Of a stretch of DNA of 64,000 nt, positions 49,460 through 57,072 are shown in pieces. Position 1 is the stretch's first letter. Each line of letters starts with the position of its first letter. This DNA comes from Minisyncoccia bacterium. Its GTDB lineage: Bacteria > Patescibacteriota > Minisyncoccia > UBA6257 > 2-01-FULL-56-20. The position numbers and the translations under genes are program-made. The DNA lies in assembly GCA_049997875.1 (NCBI GenBank), contig JBEKRC010000003.1, positions 183,885 to 247,884 on the forward strand, written 5' to 3'. The notes below the pieces were generated by a model. It was not told the DNA's origin. It worked only from the letters and a program-made list of their open reading frames with translations, and did not search any database.

Positions 49460-50453
49460 GAATGTCGTAAGGGTGTCGGAGGTCAATGACATGGCGATGC
49501 GCGAGAATGCGGTTCAGGATGCTCATGCGCCGATGATGCCGCTTCTCGTATTGCCGGTGGATCCATGCCGCAAGCACGATTACGGCCGCAAGCAGTCCCA
49601 CGAAAACGACCGTGAGCTTTTGCCACGGGAGCACCCACACGAGCGCCACGTTTTGGAGCTTGTTCCCGGCGGCACCGTACGTGAGATCGAGCATCGCCTT
49701 ATACTGGCCGAAACCCTGCCCGCTTCCCCATTGAGCCGTGAAATTATGCGTTTCCCCGGGAGCAATCGCCACGTGCTCCGGATTCGCATCAACGGAGCCG
49801 ATCTCGCGGCCAAGCCGATCATAGAAGAGAACGAGGCCCGACGGCGTCGAGGCCACGTCCCCCGTGTTCTCGATCGCGTAGGCGAAGCTCACCGGAAACG
49901 CGGAGACGACCCGGCCCGTGGGCGCAAAGCTCGCGAGCGCAAGTTCCTCCTTCACGTTGGACTGCACCGTGAGGTCCACGAGCGCCTGGGGCGCACCATC
50001 AAGGTGCGTCTCCGCCTCGTCGCGCGTGGAACCTTCTACGAAAGCGATGACCGCATGGTACGTGCCGGCCGCGGCGTACGGATTGATGTTGATGGAAACC
50101 GGTATGGTCTTTGTCTCGCCCGGAGCGAGGGGCATCGCCCCGCGCGAGACGCTTATCCAATTTGCGAGCGAAACGGATTTTTCCGCAAGCGAGGAATCCA
50201 CGAGCGAAGGGTCCTCAAAGGCCTGCTTGCCATCCGCCGTCAGGTTGTACACGGACACAAAAACGTTTGCAAGGTGATCGTCGGTGTTTTTAGCGGTGAG
50301 CGTGTAGTTCAAAATGTCCCTCGGCAGGCCGTGGTCGTCAATCACGGCGGGAGTGACAACAAGGCCGGCAGCACGGACGAGCGCTGGAAACCAAAGAAGA
50401 CAAATCGCGCCCAAGCCCGCATAAAATATTTTCTTGTAAAAAAATTCGTTCAT
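49446..50453 (-). CDS. Membrane-anchored DUF916/WxL-partner-like protein
   Basis: GLVVTPAVID, SLANWI, AAAGTYHAVI, ENTGD, WVLPW plus TM helix. Confidence 0.65.
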   Translation of the reverse strand: MNEFFYKKIFYAGLGAICLLWFPALVRAAGLVVTPAVIDDHGLPRDILNYTLTAKNTDDHLANVFVSVYNLTADGKQAFEDPSLVDSSLAEKSVSLANWISVSRGAMPLAPGETKTIPVSININPYAAAGTYHAVIAFVEGSTRDEAETHLDGAPQALVDLTVQSNVKEELALASFAPTGRVVSAFPVSFAYAIENTGDVASTPSGLVLFYDRLGREIGSVDANPEHVAIAPGETHNFTAQWGSGQGFGQYKAMLDLTYGAAGNKLQNVALVWVLPWQKLTVVFVGLLAAVIVLAAWIHRQYEKRHHRRMSILNRILAHRHVIDLRHPYDIHGRM

Positions 50454-51778
50454 TAGAATGTGGGAGCGACGACGTATGCGGTGTTATCGCTGTAGGAACC
50501 GGTGAGCTGCATGGGATTCGTCTGAACGCGATACACCATGTCCATCGTGCTGCCTGTTGTTGGCGCGCCGCTGTATCCTATCTCGGCGGTTGTCGTGGTA
50601 AATCCGGCGTAGGTGTCATCCGCTGCGAAACGCGTGGACCCGCTCGAGAGCACGGCGCTTCCGGCATGATATCCGTAGCACGCCGTGGAAGTGGAAGTGC
50701 ACGCGGTCCCCCACGCCTGCGGACTCGCGTTCGTGGCATTCAGGGCCGGCACCTTATCACCCTGCGCATCCGTGAGCGGCGCATCTTGGAACGCATAGAG
50801 TTCATACCCGAACGCGGCATTCGTCGTCACCGAAAGCCGCTGCGCACCCGTAAGACTCGAACCGACCGGCAAAGTTCCGAAGGGAATACCGGTGGGTGTC
50901 GCGGAAACGTTTGTTACGATGCCGTTCGTACTCGTCCCTTGGGGAAGACCGCTCACCGTGAACGTAAGCGCCGCTCCCTGTGTCACGAGGCTCGGATACG
51001 ACGACGTTCCGTTCAGGAGGACCGGCATCCCGTCCGCGGCGTTCACCGCGCGGAAAAAGTACGTGGTCCCGACAACGGCGCCCGAGTTCTGCATCGTGAA
51101 CTCGTACTCAGTTGCGGCGCCTGCCGCTTGGGTGGCGGTGGAAGTACTTGTACCCGATGTGTTGTGGGTACCGCAGCCGTTCCCAACGCCGCCACTGCAA
51201 GAATCCGAATCGGTCAGAATATTGGTCGAAATCAGCGTATTATCGGCACCCGCGCCCGAGGCATAACACCAACTTGACGTCGCGACGCAACTCCCGATCT
51301 CCGTCACATATCCTACCCCCGAGGAAAAATCCGACGCGAGCGAATATTGGAGCCGGAACTTCACGTTATCGCTTCCCGCAAGACTGCTTGTTTCCTTGAT
51401 CGTGAGCCGCAGCTTCAGCGGTTCCCCGTTCGCGATGTTCGTGGGCGCCGTGCTTTGGGCGGCGAGCGAGCTTGTCGGCGTCTCGTCATTCACGTCGCCG
51501 TACCATTCCCACGCCTGCGACATTGGGGAGAATTCCGTGTCGTTCGCCGGACCCGTGTTGGACATGAATCCCGTGCCCGCCGCGTCGCCGTTCGTGATGG
51601 CGGAGCCGCCCTGGACCATCTGGAAGTCCGTGGATGACGAATACCCTCCGAAGGAACCTAGGTAGGAATCCTCTATCATGAAATGCGTGCTCGAGACCGT
51701 ATCGGCGGCGGACCAGAACGGCAGCACCGAAATGGCGACGAGGATCACTATGGTAAACACCGCGAATGCGCGCTCCAT
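50453..51778 (-). CDS. Secreted WxL/pilin-like structural protein
   Basis: C-terminal LTFTV..IPFGTL..LSVTTNAAFGY..GSYSDNTAYVVAPTF, paralogous to 46909-48060; middle domain shared with 36871-39432. Confidence 0.65.
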   Translation of the reverse strand: MERAFAVFTIVILVAISVLPFWSAADTVSSTHFMIEDSYLGSFGGYSSSTDFQMVQGGSAITNGDAAGTGFMSNTGPANDTEFSPMSQAWEWYGDVNDETPTSSLAAQSTAPTNIANGEPLKLRLTIKETSSLAGSDNVKFRLQYSLASDFSSGVGYVTEIGSCVATSSWCYASGAGADNTLISTNILTDSDSCSGGVGNGCGTHNTSGTSTSTATQAAGAATEYEFTMQNSGAVVGTTYFFRAVNAADGMPVLLNGTSSYPSLVTQGAALTFTVSGLPQGTSTNGIVTNVSATPTGIPFGTLPVGSSLTGAQRLSVTTNAAFGYELYAFQDAPLTDAQGDKVPALNATNASPQAWGTACTSTSTACYGYHAGSAVLSSGSTRFAADDTYAGFTTTTAEIGYSGAPTTGSTMDMVYRVQTNPMQLTGSYSDNTAYVVAPTF

Positions 51779-51779
51779 G

Positions 51780-52229
51780 TTATTGGCTTGTCTGTGACTG
51801 CTCGATCGTCTTCACGATGACGCTGTCGCTCCGCAGGGTCTCCCAAAACATTATCTGCGAGAGCGGAACCACCATCTCGCTCGTAGGTCCATGGATCTCG
51901 TTCCCGAGCTTCACAAGCTTGAGCTGCGACTGGTCCTCGCCGTTCAACTGTTCACTCGGCTGCGCAATCTGAAGATAGTACACGTCGCGCAACGTGATCG
52001 TTGCGGCGAAGGGCCAATGCTGGAAATGCCCGAAGTAGACCTGATTGTTCGTGAGGAACACCGCACGCCATGCCGTGTCGTGGGCGGTGGCATACCATGC
52101 GCCGAGCGCAATGACGAGCGCGATAATTGCAATGACGACGACCGTGTTTCTCTTGTTCCATCGCGATTTCAGGCGCGGTTCGGAAACAACGTTCTCGTTT
52201 TCTTCCCGAAGATTGAGGGTGCTAGGCAT
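51780..52229 (-). CDS. Membrane-anchored hypothetical protein
   Basis: TM helix then WRAVFLTNNQVYFG..LRDVYYL..LVKLGNEIHGP..FWETL, a pattern I associate with CPR hypothetical proteins. Confidence 0.75.
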   Translation of the reverse strand: MPSTLNLREENENVVSEPRLKSRWNKRNTVVVIAIIALVIALGAWYATAHDTAWRAVFLTNNQVYFGHFQHWPFAATITLRDVYYLQIAQPSEQLNGEDQSQLKLVKLGNEIHGPTSEMVVPLSQIMFWETLRSDSVIVKTIEQSQTSQ

Positions 52230-52260
52230 AAAATTTGATGATAAAAATTTACGGCGACCT

Positions 52261-53553
52261 TTACGGCGCGGTGCCGGCTGCGGCATCGGACGAAGTAGCG
52301 CCGGGTGAGACCGCGTCGGGCGTGGGCGTAACGGACGCCGCGGAAGTGCTGCCTGGAGTGTCGCTTGTGGACGAGGCGCCCGCGTTCACGCTCGCATCCG
52401 CACCCGTGTCCGTTCCCGCATTCATGTTCGCACCGGTGTTTGCATCCGTACTCGTGCCCGTGTCGGCGCTCGCGCTCGCACTGGTATTTGCGCCCGCACC
52501 GACACTGCTCGTCGCAACGCTTCCGATGTCCGCGCTGTCCGTTGTGCTCGTGGTCGTGTCGGAGACAGTCGCATCAGAGGTGGTCGCATCATTCGATGCG
52601 CCCACAGTGTCCGTATCTCCATCGCCTGCCGCCGCATTGCCGGCCGCCGCAGCACTCATTGTGGTAACGTCCGGCGTCCCGCCCCCGAACGCGACCGGCA
52701 TCGATTGCTCCACAACGGTCGACGACCCAGCGGCATAAGTGCTGATGATAAGCCACGAGAAAGACACGGGGATGGATTGTGACCGGACCGTACCGACATG
52801 GAAGCCCGCGCCGTCGCTCCTCTGCGTCACCGCAAGCGGGACTTCGGTGGGCGAAGTAGGCGTTACGATAACCTCCGAAGAAGAAGTGAGGAGGGTGTTA
52901 GGTACGAAAACATCTGTCACTCCGGCGCCGATCTCTCCATCTCCCGACATCTGATTCGCCCCTTTCGGCACGGCAATTGAGCCGCCGGGAAGCACCGCGA
53001 ACATCTTTGAGAAAATCTGCATGGCTGCCACGACGGACGTCTTCACTGCGTCCACGGCCGAGGTCACGATCCCGAAGAACTGCTGCAGCACCGAATCAAG
53101 CCAAGAGTCGTCGCTCGGCGGGGCGGCGGCGAGGGAAGAAGTGTCCATGGTGACCGTAACGTCAGTCAATGGGATAGGCGTAGAGAAGACAACCGTCGCG
53201 GAGGCCGTCGATGGGGATGTTATGGCTGCTGTCGCGCTCCCCGGCACCGTCCCGCCATCCACGGCGTCGACGACGAACGTCCCTCCCATCCGATCGCCCG
53301 CGGGCACCGTGATAGCGTATGCGTAAGAACCGTTCACACAGCTCGGATTGCTGCTTCCCCAAATGGAACCGTCGGACGTGCGGCGGATAACAACGAGCAC
53401 GAACCGCGCGGAGCAATTCCCGGAAACGGAGAGTTTCCCCGTTCCGGGATCAAAGACGACGTTGCTGCTCGCCGCGCGCGCCGCGCTCCCCCACGCAAGC
53501 AAGGCGAGGGAGATAACGCCGACGAAACTTACAAAAAAATATCTTTTGTTCAT
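52261..53553 (-). CDS. Secreted protein with fibre-type C-terminal module and Ala/Ser/Thr/Asp-rich tail
   Basis: Signal peptide; SGDGEIGAG...SSEVIVTP...GFHV...FSWLII; low-complexity tail. Confidence 0.6.
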   Translation of the reverse strand: MNKRYFFVSFVGVISLALLAWGSAARAASSNVVFDPGTGKLSVSGNCSARFVLVVIRRTSDGSIWGSSNPSCVNGSYAYAITVPAGDRMGGTFVVDAVDGGTVPGSATAAITSPSTASATVVFSTPIPLTDVTVTMDTSSLAAAPPSDDSWLDSVLQQFFGIVTSAVDAVKTSVVAAMQIFSKMFAVLPGGSIAVPKGANQMSGDGEIGAGVTDVFVPNTLLTSSSEVIVTPTSPTEVPLAVTQRSDGAGFHVGTVRSQSIPVSFSWLIISTYAAGSSTVVEQSMPVAFGGGTPDVTTMSAAAAGNAAAGDGDTDTVGASNDATTSDATVSDTTTSTTDSADIGSVATSSVGAGANTSASASADTGTSTDANTGANMNAGTDTGADASVNAGASSTSDTPGSTSAASVTPTPDAVSPGATSSDAAAGTAP

Positions 53554-53558
53554 GGTCG

Positions 53559-55916
53559 TTAATCGTGGCTGCTAAAATAGACGTACGCGATCCTGTGAAC
53601 GGCGGCGGTCCCCGTAAGCGTGGTAACCGCATCCGTGATGCCGAGCTGCGTTGCCCCCGTTGCGATGTTCGTCGTCTTCGGCGTAGTTACATAGCTCCCC
53701 CCGTTCGTCGCAACCTGGCACAACATCTGCCCGGCCGTCGACATATCAAGAATGATGTCGTAGTAGGTGCTTGTCGTAACCGTCACACCGGTATTCGTAT
53801 AGCTTGCGGTCGTCCCGTCCCCTGAACCGCACTGCCAAGTCGTATCTCCCGCGCTGGTGGAATAGCGAAGACCAAAGAATACCGTTGACGTCGCGCCGGC
53901 AGCGACATCAGATCCCGTAATCGCAGCCGAGTTCAGCGCGACCCAGATGCGCCGGCTCGTAATGGTGGTATCGGTCCTGATCCTTGTCGCGAACCGCGGC
54001 GTATAGCGCGGTTGGGTCTGATTGAATGTCTGCGTCAATCCCCCTACGGAACCGTTCGATGCGGCGCTTGTCCATTGCACATAATAATCCTCCGCCTGCG
54101 CACTGGCCGCAGCGGTGCCGTTCACGGTAGGAATCCCCATATCAACCGCGGTGAACACCGTGGCCGCCGTACCGGTCGGCGCCCAATATCCCCACTGATT
54201 GGTACCGAAGTCCTGTTGCCACCCTATAGGGGTCGGGATGCAGTTCGTCCAGGCACCCCCTTGGTAACAACGGAAGCTTCCCGTGCTTGAGCTGTAATAC
54301 ATCGCGCCGTTGAAGCCGGTCGGGTCCCCGGCATCGGATTTCACGTCAAGCCCCAAAAGCGTCGGGACAGATCCGGCCGCCCCGTTCCGCCCGATCTTTA
54401 TCTTGTTGTTCAGCGTATCGGCGGCAAGAAGCGTTATCGTCCCGCTCGCATTCTGCAAAGCAAACGTGGTGGACGTATCGCTGGAGGGAAGAAAAACCGC
54501 ATTCCCGACGCTGTTAACATAGAAAACCGTGGATGACGCATCGTTCACTTGAATGGCGTTCCCGGAGCCAAAGTTACTCACGATCAATGCGGCCCCCGAG
54601 ACGTTCGCACCCGCAGTGATCGCGACCGTGCTCGTCGCCTGCGTTGAGGTCGGGGCGTTCACGATGGAAAGCGCTATGCCGGTTCCGTTCTGGCTCAATG
54701 TTAATCCCGTTGAAGCCGCATTTTGCACGATAGACATCCCCGCGGTCACGGACGGCGCGTTCAGCGTTTTATTGTTCAATGTCTGCGAGTAGTTCACGAG
54801 CGCCACCGTGTCCGTTGCCGTGGCGAAGTTCGGGATCGTGAGCGCCCCGACGACCGTCGGGTTCCAACTCAACGTCCCGGTCGCGCCCGTTCCCTGGAAG
54901 ACAAATTGGCTGGAGGTCGCCGTGGCCTGCAACATGCTCGCCGTCACGCGGTTTGCGATCGTGAGTATGCCGGACGAGGCGATCGTATTGCTCGCGGAGA
55001 AGAACTGTATTGCGCCCGTGCCCGTCCCGCCCTGCAGCGTAAGCGTGTTCGTTCCGGTCGCATTGATCTGCGGGTTCGCATCGCCGAGGACGAGGGCCCC
55101 CGAGGCGAGCACCGGTATCTCCGTGCCCGTCGCATTCTGCGACGGCGCGAATCCTCCCACCGTCGCCGCGTTGATGGCATACCCGGACGCCACGATCCGC
55201 TCGCGCGGGCTCAAGGCCTCAAACGTCGCGTTCGTGCAGCTTGAACTCACTTGCGCCGCCACTTCCACGTTCAGATACGCCGTGTCGTTGCTCTGAAAAT
55301 TGAAGGTCAACGGATCCCCTCCCGCGCTTACGTCACCCACGCCGACATCAAAGACGCCGTTCGCCACGGTAGCGGTCATCGCGGAGGCGGTGGTGCTCGG
55401 CCAGAGCTTGGTGCCCCCCGAAAGAGAATCATAAATGGAGAAACGGAAGCAGTATGGCGTACCCGATCCCCCCAAAAGATTGCCATTGGAGTCAAAAAGC
55501 CTGCCTTGATAGCTCAGGACGAGAGGTACCCCCGTGGCCGCCTTAGCAATCGCGATGGTGATAAAGGCGTATATGAGGAACGCAATAAAAAGGAAAAGGA
55601 GTACTACAAGGACATAAATGATCCTTCTCGCAAGGCGCAATATCGCCTCGGTTGATGAGTTAGCAACCCACCAGGTTCGAAGCTTTTCCCGCACCCATTC
55701 CTTAAAGGCAGGGATTGCGCGTTCCGCCCCGCTTTTCGCCATATATTCCCGAATGGCCTCCTCGGTCGTCACCCAAGCCACATTCAGGTAGATCTGTTTG
55801 CCCTGCAATTTCCCCTTCCGGATAAGCTGACCCAAATAATCCGGCGCATAGCCCGAAAGCTTCGCCGCTTCCTTAAGAGTGATATATTTAACCCCTTTGT
55901 CGTGTCTTATAGCCAT
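53559..55916 (-). CDS. HTH-transmembrane-extracellular fibre-like fusion protein
   Basis: YITLKEAAKLSGYAPDYLGQLIRKGKL (HTH_17/MerR-like); TM helix; LSYQGRL.D..G..FRFSIYD..GG..LW..NGVFDV; GAMYYSSSTGSFRCYQGGAW. Confidence 0.75.
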   Translation of the reverse strand: MAIRHDKGVKYITLKEAAKLSGYAPDYLGQLIRKGKLQGKQIYLNVAWVTTEEAIREYMAKSGAERAIPAFKEWVREKLRTWWVANSSTEAILRLARRIIYVLVVLLFLFIAFLIYAFITIAIAKAATGVPLVLSYQGRLFDSNGNLLGGSGTPYCFRFSIYDSLSGGTKLWPSTTASAMTATVANGVFDVGVGDVSAGGDPLTFNFQSNDTAYLNVEVAAQVSSSCTNATFEALSPRERIVASGYAINAATVGGFAPSQNATGTEIPVLASGALVLGDANPQINATGTNTLTLQGGTGTGAIQFFSASNTIASSGILTIANRVTASMLQATATSSQFVFQGTGATGTLSWNPTVVGALTIPNFATATDTVALVNYSQTLNNKTLNAPSVTAGMSIVQNAASTGLTLSQNGTGIALSIVNAPTSTQATSTVAITAGANVSGAALIVSNFGSGNAIQVNDASSTVFYVNSVGNAVFLPSSDTSTTFALQNASGTITLLAADTLNNKIKIGRNGAAGSVPTLLGLDVKSDAGDPTGFNGAMYYSSSTGSFRCYQGGAWTNCIPTPIGWQQDFGTNQWGYWAPTGTAATVFTAVDMGIPTVNGTAAASAQAEDYYVQWTSAASNGSVGGLTQTFNQTQPRYTPRFATRIRTDTTITSRRIWVALNSAAITGSDVAAGATSTVFFGLRYSTSAGDTTWQCGSGDGTTASYTNTGVTVTTSTYYDIILDMSTAGQMLCQVATNGGSYVTTPKTTNIATGATQLGITDAVTTLTGTAAVHRIAYVYFSSHD

Positions 55917-55991
55917 CTCGAGGGTCGATATTTAACAAATCTTGGGTATCGAGATTATATACTCATTATATAAAACCTTGCAATCAGGATA

Positions 55992-56077
55992 TGTGCATAA
56001 AATGTGAAGAACGTTATAAAATATGCCCAAAATAAGGACAATTTATCCACATATATTGGCTTATCCACATATCCACA
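55992..56077. promoter_or_regulatory. DnaA-box cluster upstream of the 55916 sub-operon
   Basis: TTATCCACA at 56043 and 56061, ATATCCACA at 56069, reverse TTATGCACA at 55992. Confidence 0.7.
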
Positions 56078-56168
56078 TCCACTAATTTTTCCTCTCATCC
56101 ACGCCAATTAGTCTTCCCTTCTGCGCAGAAATGGATCCCGCCTTTGCCCAAAAAGCTGCCTTATGGGC

Positions 56169-56198
56169 TTGCAATATTCAGCAATACCATGGTATAAT
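56169..56198 (+). promoter_or_regulatory. Promoter TTGCAA-18-TATAAT with extended -10
   Basis: Direct match about 200 nt upstream of the RRM gene. Confidence 0.7.
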
Positions 56199-56400
56199 AC
56201 AAACGTTGTAAGTGTTCTTAGTAGGTTTCGCCTGTCCAGTCGTAGTTTTGCACGTGATGCCGTGCGTGAATATCAAGCATGATGAGCAAAACTACGGCTG
56301 GAGAGCAAGCAGAGGAGAAGTAGGTCGCCTTACACAAAAATAGCAAAACAGAGAATCCGGCACCAAATTGTTTTCGCGAGAAGGCGCTGGGTTGTATTTA

Positions 56401-56706
56401 ATGGCTACAAAATTATACGTTGGGGGTTTGCCCTACACCACGACGCAGGATGAGCTTCAGGCTGCGTTCGCGCAGGCCGGCACCGTTTCGTCCACAACCA
56501 TCATTGTGGACAAGATGACGGGCCGCTCGCGCGGGTTCGGTTTCGTCGAAATGGCATCCGACGAGGACGCCCAGAAGGCGATCGAGATGTGGAACGGCAA
56601 GGACTTCGGCGGCCGCAAGTTGACCGTGAACGAAGCCAAGCCCCTTGAGCAGCGCGCTCCTCGGAGCGGCGGCGGCGGCTACGGCGGCGGACGCCAGAGC
56701 TGGTAG
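56401..56706 (+). CDS. RRM-domain RNA-binding protein with Gly-rich tail
   Basis: KLYVGGL (RNP2), RSRGFGFVEM (RNP1), LTVNEAKP. Confidence 0.95.
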   Translation: MATKLYVGGLPYTTTQDELQAAFAQAGTVSSTTIIVDKMTGRSRGFGFVEMASDEDAQKAIEMWNGKDFGGRKLTVNEAKPLEQRAPRSGGGGYGGGRQSW

Positions 56707-56728
56707 GTTCCGCTTAACTGCAGAAACA

Positions 56729-56760
56729 AAAATCCCGCAGCAATGCGGGGTTTTTGGTTT
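56729..56760 (+). terminator. Intrinsic terminator
   Basis: aaaatcccgca gcaa tgcggggttttt hairpin with T tract after the RRM gene. Confidence 0.8.
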
Positions 56761-56784
56761 CCGATTTTTAGAAACCGCGCAGAT

Positions 56785-56813
56785 TTGACTTTCGCAAAAC
56801 CCTAAACTATTAT
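56785..56813 (+). promoter_or_regulatory. Promoter TTGACT-17-TATTAT
   Basis: Direct match about 260 nt upstream of rmuC. Confidence 0.65.
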
Positions 56814-57072
56814 CATGAGAATTAAAGGTCGGAAGTAATATGCTTTCTTATTTTAGAAATGTCTTAGAACAATCAGGGCCTAAGGGAGTATAAAAACCCC
56901 AAAAGACACCTAAGAGCCTGCGGCGCCCATTAGGACACCAACGGCGTAGTGCTAATTTGGGTCCTCCTGTCCCAAACTCGTAATGATTAAGTTCCGCTAT
57001 CCTTGGGCGGGCATCGCTTCGCGCACAGGCGACTAAGTCGAATCATGTTGCGCAAAATTAAAAATTATTATT

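Noticed and set aside
52261-55916. Prophage tail-fibre module
   Set aside because: The proteins have signal peptides or TM anchors, and no integrase, terminase, capsid or baseplate genes are present.
55920-56160. Possible oriC (AT-rich, DnaA boxes)
   Set aside because: No dnaA/dnaN nearby, coding strand bias stays minus on both sides, and similar boxes recur at two other sites. Not fully excluded without a GC-skew analysis.
56820-57060. tmRNA or RNase P RNA
   Set aside because: GATTCGAC occurs on the minus strand, but there are no GGGG/CCA tRNA-like ends and no GAGGAAAGTCC signature.
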